61,278 bases of DNA, from contig RQSC01000020.1 of NCBI GenBank assembly GCA_013416795.1, positions 142,535-203,812 of the forward strand, given 5' to 3'. The notes below the pieces were generated by a model. The model saw nothing but the letters and a program-made list of their open reading frames with translations. It was not told the origin of the DNA and did not search any database. Numbering within the stretch: position 1 is the stretch's first letter; each line of letters opens with the position of its first letter. Positions 1 to 8,910 of the stretch are shown one piece after another. The stretch is from Prasinococcaceae sp. CCMP 1430 (taxonomy: Eukaryota > Plantae > Prasinodermophyta). Position numbers and translations under genes: made by a program.

Positions 1-507
1 CACGCGCCGCTGATACGTGCGCGTGCGCGCGTGCGTGTGGGGTCGCGCACCGACGTAGAATCCGCTCGTGCGTGGCGCGCGGGGCGCGCGCCACGCGCAA
101 GGGGCGGTTGCTGCGCAGACGCTTCCGCGTGCGATGGCGTCTGCGGCAGGGGGCCGAGCACAACCCACGCCGGACTCGCGCACCACCTGCGGACGACCTT
201 GCCTCCGCCCGACGCACTCGCAGCCCCCGCAGCCCCCGCAGCGCCCCTCCCCTCCCCCTGACCCCCCTCACCGGCCCGCGCGCGCGCCCCCTCGTGCGGG
301 CAGCGCTCTGGCGCGCCGGCCGGCAGGCGGCGCGTCCGTTGTGGATGAGGCGCGGGACGACGGCCCTGGCCGACGTGGCCAACACACACCAACGCACACG
401 TACACTGCACAGTGTACGGTACGTCAAATTGCGGGCACCACGTTTCGGTTAGGCATTAGGGCTGCCCTCGTTCAGGGTTAAAATGCGTTAAAACGCCCGA
501 ATCGCGT

Positions 508-566
508 ATACTTTGACCTGCCCATATCAAAGTATGTTGAAAAGGGTAGAATTGGACCCTTTTCAA
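508..566. repeat. Two adjacent perfect inverted repeats in an AT-rich island
   Basis: ATACTTTGA (508-516) pairs with TCAAAGTAT (527-535). TTGAAAAGGGT (537-547) pairs with ACCCTTTTCAA (556-566). Confidence 0.8.
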
Positions 567-736
567 ATCCCCAAAATACGTAATTCTGCGTACGTAACCC
601 AAAGGGGGGTGTTGGGCGCGCGCGCGGCCCTCGGTGACCGGGGCGACGCGCGCTGCGCGCGCTGCGGGGCGCCCGACTTAAGGTTTTTGAAAAAAATAGG
701 GTTTGTGCGCTGCGTTTTGGGAGGTCATCAGGGGAG

Positions 737-885
737 GCGCGTTGCGGGCGGAGGCGGAAACGTTTTCGTCAGGCCTTGCGCACACAGACAGCGGGAAATG
801 CCCCCGAAAGGCGGCATTGACCCGGATTCAAAACAGGCTAGACCAGGGATGGTGGGTGCGAACCCGGAGGCTGATCGGCGCTTTT
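737..885 (+). ncRNA. Candidate structured RNA with three GNRA-tetraloop hairpins and a T4 end; family unknown
   Basis: Hairpin 747-770 (10 bp, 4 G-U pairs, GAAA loop), hairpin 792-824 (GAAA loop at 806-809), hairpin 854-865 (GCGA loop), then TTTT at 882-885. Folded by eye only. Confidence 0.25.
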
Positions 886-923
886 CGTTGCATCGGAGTT
901 AGGGGTTGCGATGCGTTTGGCGC

Positions 924-1007
924 CACGTGCGCCACGACGTCACGAGCGCCACGTGGCGGCCGAGAGCGCGCGCTCGGGCGCACGGGACGGCTGTCCGTGC
1001 ACACGTG
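924..1007. promoter_or_regulatory. Cluster of ACGT-core (G-box/C-box) elements upstream of the SixA-like gene
   Basis: CACGTG at 924-929, GACGTCA near 936-942, perfect GCCACGTGGC at 948-957, CACGTG at 1002-1007. Confidence 0.3.
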
Positions 1008-1247
1008 CGGCAGCGTGCAAGAGACAGACCAGGTGGCGGCGGCGGGGCGCCGATCGCGCGCGCGCGCGAGCGCCGGGGGTGCGCGTGCGCGTCGCTATCG
1101 ACCAATGCAGCGCGAGCGTGCTCGTCCGTCGTCGTCGAGGAGGTCGCCAGGGTTCACAGGGTGCACTTGGAGGGCGGCCGCTCGAGCGCTGCCCCCTCCC
1201 CTCGCTCGCAGCTCGGACAGCTGCGCACGCGGCGTCGCATCGGCCGA

Positions 1248-1835
1248 ATGGGCGTGCGGCTCATGCTGATGAGACACGCCAAGTCGTCGTGGGACGACCC
1301 CCAGCTGAAGGACAAGGACAGGCCGCTCAACGCTCGCGGCTTGCGCTCCGCCGAGAGGGTGGGCGCGATCCTCTGCCAAAACGAGGCCGCAGACTGGATC
1401 CCAGACGTGATATTGTGCTCCGATGCCGTGCGTGCACAGTCCACGCTGGAGCACATGGTGCTCGCAAACCCCGGGCTGAGGAGCGTGCCAACGTCCGTGT
1501 TCCCGGAGCTCTACTCGCGCTCGGGCTCGGGCGCGGACATCGTCGATGTGCTCCAGAAATTGCTGCCCAAGACGGCCGACAATGGCAATGGCACGGCACA
1601 TAGCAAGTGCGCCCTGTTGATTGGCCACAACCCTGGCTGGGAGGAGTCGGCGGCCTGGTTGTGCGGCGACGATGCGCTGCGGCTCAAGACCGCACACGCT
1701 GCGCTGCTGCAGTCCGATGCGGACGGCTGGGCGGATGCCCTCAACGGTGGGGCCGGCACGTGGGCGCTCGTGGGGATGCTCACGGTGAAAAGCAGAAAAA
1801 AGAAGACGCGAGCCGGAGTGGATTTTGAGGACTAG
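1248..1835 (+). CDS. SixA-like histidine phosphatase (phosphoglycerate mutase superfamily)
   Basis: LMLMRHAKSSWDDP...DRPLN.RG, VILCSDAVRA and LLIGHNPG are SixA-family motifs. The true start may lie further upstream. Confidence 0.85.
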   Translation: MGVRLMLMRHAKSSWDDPQLKDKDRPLNARGLRSAERVGAILCQNEAADWIPDVILCSDAVRAQSTLEHMVLANPGLRSVPTSVFPELYSRSGSGADIVDVLQKLLPKTADNGNGTAHSKCALLIGHNPGWEESAAWLCGDDALRLKTAHAALLQSDADGWADALNGGAGTWALVGMLTVKSRKKKTRAGVDFED

Positions 1836-2211
1836 GCGCTCAAACAAGACCCGACGATCGCGAAGGCGGCGAGCATGCGTCGCACTCATGATGGTATGCG
1901 CACGCAAGCGCGTGCGCACAGCGGATTGGACGGTGCGGTGACGGTGCATGTGGGGGGTTGGTGGGTGTGATCGTGGGTGTGGTGGTGGTGGTGGGTGGGG
2001 ATCGGGAGGGCCGGCGCTGCCGAAAGGTGCGCAGTCAAATCGACCAAATCGCGGACGCTTTCGACACGAACAACGAGAGCACGTGCTTGCGCGAGTAAGG
2101 CACAGTCGTTCATACAGCACGCCCTCCATTCTATCGCCGAGACAAAAAAAAAATAACTTTGCACTGCGCCAAAACCTCGCTTACGAATTCGTGATAGATG
2201 TCCCAGCGCGC

Positions 2212-4080
2212 TCATTGCGCGAGAGCGCAGCCCACGGCACGCCGGGCGAGGGCTGCCGCCAGCAGCACGCCGTCCGCACGCCAGCGCAGAACGTCGCCAA
2301 CGAGCGGCTTCGCCTCGCTGCGGCTTCCATCATGCGCCGTGCGCTCAGCGTCATCGTCCCACACGCCGAGTAGCGGCCCGAGACAGAGCAGCTCCGCAGC
2401 ATGGGGGTTGCAGCCGGCCGGGGAGTCGCTCGGCGCGCTCGCTCGCTTGCACCGCCAGTCGTCATGGGCCGTGCATCCGGCAGCGAGCGCGGCCAGCGCA
2501 TCCTCGGAAGTGCGCCCAGCGCGTACGAGGCACACGCGCACAAGCTCCTCGAAGCACGCTGCGAACGTGCGGTAGCACTCAGACCGGTAGCATGCGCCAT
2601 TGGCAGTCTCCACGTGGGCCATGTGCCTCAGCTCCGCCGCGAGTGCCATTTCCAGCGCGCCCGCGCCGGGTGCGATGCCACCCTCCCCGAGGGACGTGCG
2701 TGTGGCGGCGAGCGAGCGCGCTGCGCTCGCCGCCGCCTCGCGCGCCCCGAGCTCCGTCGGAGCGCACATGAGAAGCGTGGCGACCGACTCAGGATCGCCA
2801 ACGGTGGGCGGATCGCTTCCCTCGCCCTCGCCGCTGAAGCACTCCGCACGTCCCACCACGAGCACGCCGCACGCCTCGAGGTCCTCGCCGAGGCCTTGGA
2901 GGTGCCCTGCGCGGCGTGGCGCGACCAGCAGCGTCGCGCGCGCGCGCGCGCGCGACGCGCGCACGAGGCGAGGCGACGCGCTTGGGACCGCGCCGCACGC
3001 AGCGGCCGCAGCCTCCAGGTCGGCCATCGGCAATCCATCCACCAGCGTGATGCCCTCCGATGCACACGCACTGGTGACTCCCTCATGCGCCTTCCCGAGG
3101 CACAGCACCAGCCCCACGCCGAGCTTCACCATGCGCTCAACAAAGCGCTTGGCGAAGGCCTCTTCACGCGCGGCCGCCCCGCCCGCAGCCAGTTCGTCGG
3201 CAAGCTCAGACGCAGTCGACACCTCTCTCGCGCACGACGCGGCGCCAGATTCAGCTGCCTGGCCGAGCACCTCACAGGTGAGCACTGCCACACGGCAGCA
3301 CATCGACTGCTCGTCGTCCTCGTGCGCGCCCGCGATTATACGCGCGTCGCCGCTGGTACTCTGTGCGCGCACGAGCTGCAGCTGTCGGGCGTGCCTGAGG
3401 GGCACCGCCGCACCGGCGATCGCTGACGACGCCCGCCGCGGCCAGCCCGCAAGCGCAACGACGCGTGTGGCGTCAAGAACGTCCAACACAGCCTCGTGCG
3501 GGTCTCCCGTCCCGAGTGCAGCGCTCTCAGCGGCCGCGCACACGAGCGCAGCTGTGTGCGGGTCGCGACTTGCTGCGACGTAGTGCGCCGCAGCGCGTGC
3601 GTCGGCGAGCGCGCCGTGGCCGCGGTCGGATCCGAAGCCGCCTCGCTCTTCCGGAGATCCTAGCGGATCCTCCACCCGGAGGCTTGAGAGGGGCACAGCG
3701 AGTGCGAGCGTTGCATCTCTGCAGGCCTCTGCCGCGCGCTCGAGCGCGTCGAGCACCTCATCGAGTGGCACGCCGCCTCCATCGGCAAGCGTGGCTGCCG
3801 CGGCCGTCAGCGCGCCGGCGAGCGCGGCGACCCAGCCACCGCCACCACCACCGTGCGCACGCTCGAAGCACTCGCATCCCTCCGCAAGCTGTGTGGCCAC
3901 CGGATGCGCCGTGGCCTCCGCCACCGCTGCCACAGCGTCCATTGCCGACAGCGCCAGCTCAGAGTCGCCGTGCGCGAGCCGACCAGCTGCGTGCAGCGGG
4001 CCGAGCCGGCCGCGGGCGGCCGCGGCGGCCGCAGCGAGCGCCGCGCACGCAGCGCGGGCAGCGGCCGAGAGCTCGCACAT
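2212..4080 (-). CDS. Highly divergent group II chaperonin-like protein (CCT-derived; BBS6/BBS10/BBS12-type)
   Basis: RLGP...HPVATQLAE...WVAALAGALT...GVPLDEVLDALERAAE aligns by eye to the CCT equatorial domain. KLGVGLVLC, APTE...A and IAPGAGALEMALA are also present. GDGTT is replaced by GGGGG. Confidence 0.55.
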   Translation of the reverse strand: MCELSAAARAACAALAAAAAAARGRLGPLHAAGRLAHGDSELALSAMDAVAAVAEATAHPVATQLAEGCECFERAHGGGGGGWVAALAGALTAAAATLADGGGVPLDEVLDALERAAEACRDATLALAVPLSSLRVEDPLGSPEERGGFGSDRGHGALADARAAAHYVAASRDPHTAALVCAAAESAALGTGDPHEAVLDVLDATRVVALAGWPRRASSAIAGAAVPLRHARQLQLVRAQSTSGDARIIAGAHEDDEQSMCCRVAVLTCEVLGQAAESGAASCAREVSTASELADELAAGGAAAREEAFAKRFVERMVKLGVGLVLCLGKAHEGVTSACASEGITLVDGLPMADLEAAAAACGAVPSASPRLVRASRARARATLLVAPRRAGHLQGLGEDLEACGVLVVGRAECFSGEGEGSDPPTVGDPESVATLLMCAPTELGAREAAASAARSLAATRTSLGEGGIAPGAGALEMALAAELRHMAHVETANGACYRSECYRTFAACFEELVRVCLVRAGRTSEDALAALAAGCTAHDDWRCKRASAPSDSPAGCNPHAAELLCLGPLLGVWDDDAERTAHDGSRSEAKPLVGDVLRWRADGVLLAAALARRAVGCALAQ

Positions 4081-4631
4081 CGCGCGCGAGCCGCAGCGTC
4101 GCCCTTGAGGGACTGTGCGCCTCTACGCCCCACCTCGCCCCACCTCGACTCGTGCTCGGCGTCACCGCCAGCGCTCTGGCCACGCGGCACGCATCGCGCC
4201 GCGCGCGCGGGGCCGCCGCCGCAAGCAGGAGCGCGCGCCCGCGGCGAAGGGGAGGGAGGCTGGCCCGACGAGCTTGCGCGGTCGACGCCGTCGCGCACGC
4301 GCACGCGCGCGCCCTGCGTACGTGTGGAGCCTGGGCGACGCCCGCGAGCGCGCGCGCTGTCGCGGCGCGCGCCGGCGCAGTGAGAAACAGAAACCTCAGT
4401 GAGAACGACATTTTCGGGTTTTAGGGTTTAATGGTGAGAGGGTTCGTGGTTTGTGTCAATTTGCATGCGTGGAATGCGTGCGGGGGTGGCGCACGCGGCC
4501 GGGGCCGGCCGCCGCGCATCGCTCCCCTGCCGACACACACACCACGCACGCACACACGTCGCCACACGCTGTGCGTGGGACGGCCGGTGGTGGCGCGGGC
4601 GTGGGCGCGGGTGCGGGCGCGGGCGCGGGCG

Positions 4632-6454
4632 ATGGCGGCGGCGGTGGCCGCCGACAAGGGCGCATCCGCGGCGGCCATTGCCGCGGACTATCCGCGAACG
4701 TACGACGGCACGCTCGCCGCGCTGAGCTCGCTCATCAGCGGGCGACGGCGCGGCTCGGGCATCGCGTGGGAGGAGACGTTCGGCATGATGGGGGTCTACC
4801 TCGAAACGCTCGGTATCGCCGACGATATCAAGGCGCTGCCAGTGGTGCATGTGGCCGGGACGAAGGTGCGCGCGTGCGTCCGCTCGCGCTCGGCCGCCGC
4901 TCGCGGCCGCCGCTACTCGCGCGTGCGCCCGCTGACCTCGCCCGGCCTGCCCCGCCCGGTGCGCCTCCCTGTGCGACCGCTGGCGATCTCCTTCCCGCCC
5001 GGATCCCTCTCTACCAGGGCAAGGGATCGACGTGCGTGCTCGCCGAGTCGATCCTGCGCTCGTCGGGCCGCCGCACGGCGCTCTTCACGTCGCCGCACCT
5101 CGTGGACGTTCGCGAGCGCATCCGCATCAATGGCAGGCTCATCTCTAAGGCCGAATGGACCAAGCGATTCTGGGAGGTCTGGGACAAGCTATGGGCCGCA
5201 GCGCAGTCGGCTGGCGCCGACGCGGGTGGTCCGCCGCTGATGCCCGCGTACTTCCGCTTCCTGACGCTGCTTGCGCTCTACGTATTCGTCAAGTCATCCG
5301 AGCCCTTCGACGCGGTCCTCCTTGAGGTCGGGCTTGGCGGGCGTCTGGACGCCACCAACGTAGTGAAACGTCCTGTGGTATGCGGCATCACGCACCTCGG
5401 GCTCGACCACGTCGAGCTGCTCGGCGACACGGTGGGCAAGATCGCGTACGAGAAGGCAGGGATAATGAAGCCAGGCGTGGACGTGGTGACCGCTGAGGGA
5501 CAGGAGGCCGAGGCGGATGAGGTGCTGCGCGCGCGCTCGGCCGACGTGGGCGCGCCGCTATCGGTTGCGCGACCGCTTCACTCGTATGCTGGCTGCGCAC
5601 CGCGCAGCATCGAGCTCGGGCTCGCGGGCGCGCACCAGCACGAGAACGCCGCCGTAGCAGTCGCGTTGTGCCGCAAGCTCGCGGCGCACGAGCGCAGCCA
5701 CGGGCCGGCGAGCAGCGAGGCGCGCGCCGCCGCTGAGGAGGCGGCGCTCGCGCGTGGCGAACTGCCCCACGCGTGGCGCACAGGGCTCGAGAGTGCGACC
5801 TGGCCAGGGCGAGCGCAGATTGTGCCGGACAGCGGATATGGTGGGCCGGAGGACGGCGACGACGATGCTGCCGAGAGTGACGACAGCGACGGCAGCGGCG
5901 ATGCGATCGACGAGCACCCACCGCCTACGAAGTCCGCGGCGCCAAACCTGACCTTCTACATGGATGGCGCGCACACGCCGGAAAGCATGGTGCTCTGCGC
6001 GGAGTGGTTTGCGAAGGCGCAGAGTCGCCAAGCGGCGCCAGGGCCGCGTGACGAGGTGGCGCTGCTGTTCAACATCATGGACGAGCGCTCGCCCGAGGAG
6101 CTGCTCGCGCCGCTTTCGGCCACGCTGGAGGCCAATGGCGTACGCGTGAGCCGCGCACTCTTCACGCCTCCGAACTCCTCGTACAAGAGCGTGTCATCAG
6201 CCTCGCCCGCGGTGGCGGACAACCTCGAGCGCTCCCTCGTGTGGCAGGAGCGCCTACGGAGCACGTGGGACGGCCTGCCGCGCCGGCAGCCTAACCAGGG
6301 GAGCAGCGCGGTGGTGCCCTCGCTGCGCGACACGCTCGCGGCGCTGCGCGCGCGCGCGGCCGAGGTGCGCCCCGCCAAGGTGCGCGTGCTCGTCACGGGC
6401 TCGCTCTACATCATCGGCGACCTGCTGAAGATGCTGAGGCGGCCGCCGCGATGA
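4632..6454 (+). CDS. FPGS: Folylpolyglutamate synthase; exons 4632-4865 and 5018-6454
   Basis: VHVAGTK|GKGST is joined across a GT-AG intron (4866-5017). FTSPHL..VRERIRING, EVGLGGRLDATNVV, WPGRAQ, DGAHT and VTGSLY are present. Confidence 0.95.
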
Positions 6455-6462
6455 GCCGACTC

Positions 6463-6467
6463 TGTAA
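6463..6467 (+). promoter_or_regulatory. TGTAA poly(A) signal (green-algal type) after FPGS
   Basis: TGTAA lies 8 nt after the stop. The same pentamer follows NSE4 (23434) and the Pmp-like gene (50361), and overlaps the guanylate kinase stop (15967-15971, minus strand). Confidence 0.6.
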
Positions 6468-7051
6468 TTTCCCGGTTTGTCTGGAACCACCATCACGAGC
6501 TTTCAATACTCACAATGAAAATGCGGATCGAATACGGTCTGCTCTGCGTTTTTCTGTGTGTGATGAGTGTGTGTTTTGATCCCGGCTCCACGGGGAACGC
6601 GCCGAATCGCGACTCGAACGGGTGCGGCGCAGGAAGGCGCGAAGGGGCACGGGCGACGCGCTCCGCGCAGCGCGCAGCACGCACCGCGCCTCCATGTCCC
6701 TCCACCTCCCGTGCCCATGGATCCTCCCGCATCGCTCTCCTGGGGTCGAACACACGAACAAGGGCTGCTGTTGTTGTTGTGGGTGTGTGGGTGTCGCGAG
6801 GGGTGGGGGAGGGCTGAAAGGGTGGCAGGTGGCGGGGGGCACGCGCGCGTTCGAGGGGGCGCGGGCGCGTTCGAGGGGGCGCGGGCGCGGGCGCGGGCGC
6901 GGCGCGCCACACCGTGCGCGGCGCGACGACTGCCACGCACGCAGCCGCGTGCAGGTGCGACGAGCCGTGGCCACTGGCCGAGCTCTTGGGGTCGTCCTTC
7001 GACGAGGCAGAGTTGAGGAGTCGTCGCAGCCGGCACTGAAGCAGCAGCCCC

Positions 7052-8695
7052 ATGTCTTCCTTGAAGGTTCCAATTGCGGTTACTATTCCTGACCAAGCAA
7101 GTGGGGCGCTCCCGCCCATTGTGCCTGCGTCGGAGGGCGATGAGGTCAACGTCGCCCCGCAAGGGCATCGGCCGCCCTCTTCCGTGGACACAACGCCGCT
7201 CACAGGTCTCAGAGGACTGGCCGCCATCCACATCATGGTGAGTCACTACCTCCTCTTTACGACAACTAAGCACGACCTCCTGGGAGGCGCCTCAATGCCG
7301 CTCTTTTACCTCATGTCGGGTCTGATCATGACGCTCGGCTACGGAAAGGATCTCTCGCGCCGCCCTTATCCAGGGGAGCCCGACCCTTCCCCGCTCGCGC
7401 TCGGGCCTTTCCTTCGCAAGCGTATCGCTCGCCTGTACCCGGTGTACATGCTCGTCAACTGTGCCGAGCTGGTGATCTACTCGCTGGGCATCGGCCCCAA
7501 CCTCGCGCTCAAGTGGCCTGCTGCCCTTGCCAACTTCGTCCTTACCGCGTTTGGACTGAACATGTGGCTCCTCCCCTTCACGTGGGTCTTTCCCTTTCCC
7601 ATCACGCTGCCCACAGCAGGTGTCACGTGGACCGTGCAGACCATGTTCTTCTTTTACGTGTGCTTTCCGCGCGTGCTCGCCTGGCTTCGCGAGCGCCGTG
7701 AGCGCGGCACTTGGGTGGAGGGTCTGTACCACGCGCAGTGGGTGGCATTTATCTTCATTCTCATCCTCGTGACGATCAAGACCCAGGATCTGGGTGATGT
7801 GGGGGCATGGGTCGCGTACTTCTCGGCGCGTGGGTGGCCACCATCCCGCCTGCTTGTCTTCGTCATGGGATGCGCGGTGGGCGCCGACCTCATGCACGCC
7901 GAGTCCGAGGGCTGGTCCGTGCGCTCGTGCTTTTGCGGCGTCTGCTATCCGCTCACGGCGCTCGTCGACGTGCAGCAGCCCGCGACGCCGAAGACTTGGG
8001 GCAAGCGTGCGACTGTCGCGGGCGCCGCGTATGCCGTCGCGGTGGTGCTTCTCTCCTTCGCGCCGAATTCGTCCGTCACTCGCCTCGCCACCGAAGCGCT
8101 CGGCCCTCTTCTTTTCATCCACATCATGGTGTGCCTGTGCCGCAGCGGGGGCGTCGGCACGCTGGCGCGTCTCTGCAACTCTCGCGCCATGCAGCTGATG
8201 GGAGAAGTTTCCATGAGCGTGTACATGCTGCACTTGACGGTGCTGCTTGTCCTTGGGGCCGCCGTGAAGGGCTACAGTGCTCACGACTGGGCGGGCAAGC
8301 GCATCGAGGGCATTCAGTGGGCGGACAGTGAGTGGACGTATCCCGACAAACACCACTGCCGTGATCTTTGGAAGGATGACCCGGCCCTGCAAGTGGCACT
8401 TGGCAAGGGCTCCGATGCGGAGGTCGACATGGAGCAATGGCGCAACGCCACGGGCGCGTGCGAGCAAGTCTTTGACGACGACTACCAAAGCAAGCTTGCC
8501 CCTGCTTGGCTCATCCCCGTTTGCCTGCTCGTGTCACTGCTCTTGGGATTCCTCGTGACACGTTTCTATGAACAGCCTGTCGCCCGGCTGATGCGCCCGG
8601 GGCGGGCCGTCACGAGCGTGAAGGGCGAGAGCAAGGGCGTCCTCCAGGAGACCTCGCCGAAGGACCTCACGGCCGTGCCAGACGTCGAAGCCTGA
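7052..8695 (+). CDS. Acyltransferase-3 (OafA/OatA-like) multipass membrane O-acyltransferase
   Basis: LTGLRGLAAIHIMVSH, LFYLMSGLIM, RKRIARLYP, WTVQTMFFFY, GEVSMSVYMLH and RFYEQP are present, with many hydrophobic helices. Confidence 0.85.
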   Translation: MSSLKVPIAVTIPDQASGALPPIVPASEGDEVNVAPQGHRPPSSVDTTPLTGLRGLAAIHIMVSHYLLFTTTKHDLLGGASMPLFYLMSGLIMTLGYGKDLSRRPYPGEPDPSPLALGPFLRKRIARLYPVYMLVNCAELVIYSLGIGPNLALKWPAALANFVLTAFGLNMWLLPFTWVFPFPITLPTAGVTWTVQTMFFFYVCFPRVLAWLRERRERGTWVEGLYHAQWVAFIFILILVTIKTQDLGDVGAWVAYFSARGWPPSRLLVFVMGCAVGADLMHAESEGWSVRSCFCGVCYPLTALVDVQQPATPKTWGKRATVAGAAYAVAVVLLSFAPNSSVTRLATEALGPLLFIHIMVCLCRSGGVGTLARLCNSRAMQLMGEVSMSVYMLHLTVLLVLGAAVKGYSAHDWAGKRIEGIQWADSEWTYPDKHHCRDLWKDDPALQVALGKGSDAEVDMEQWRNATGACEQVFDDDYQSKLAPAWLIPVCLLVSLLLGFLVTRFYEQPVARLMRPGRAVTSVKGESKGVLQETSPKDLTAVPDVEA

Positions 8696-8910
8696 GTCCG
8701 ACGAAGGCGTACCAGCCAGGCAGCCGCCGCCAAGCAGTCCAACGACCCCTCACAGACCGGAGGATGGCGGTACACACACGCGCGTCAAGATTCCGGGCTC
8801 AGCGTGGTAGACAGCGCTCAGAGGGCGTTGCGGGGCACGCACGCACACGCGCATTTAAAGTGACCCGCGAGCAATCCTTGAATGCCATTATAGCAATTTA
8901 CGCGACACGC

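Noticed and set aside
425-435. CAAATTGCGGG resembling the group I intron P element, with a GTTCAG nearby
   Set aside because: No Q or S elements at proper spacing and no host exon. The same word recurs at 12941-12950 (minus strand) near a promoter, so it is more likely a promoter word or chance.
725-731. CTGATGA on the minus strand (hammerhead core or box C-like)
   Set aside because: Not followed by stem II plus GAAA, and no paired C/D box architecture.
853-866. B-box or T-arm-like GGTGCGAACCC (also GGGTTCGAAT at 20941)
   Set aside because: No cloverleaf, acceptor stem or A box can be built, so not a tRNA.
895-905. GTTAGGGGTT as a possible telomerase RNA template (minus strand)
   Set aside because: The predicted structure favours the opposite strand, there is no type-3 Pol III promoter or pseudoknot evidence, and the telomere sequence is unknown.
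6840-6900. Short tandem repeats (CGCGTTCGAGGGGGCGCGGG x2; also GGGGTGCGC x3 near 51908)
   Set aside because: No unique spacers, so not CRISPR; ordinary slippage repeats in GC-rich UTRs.
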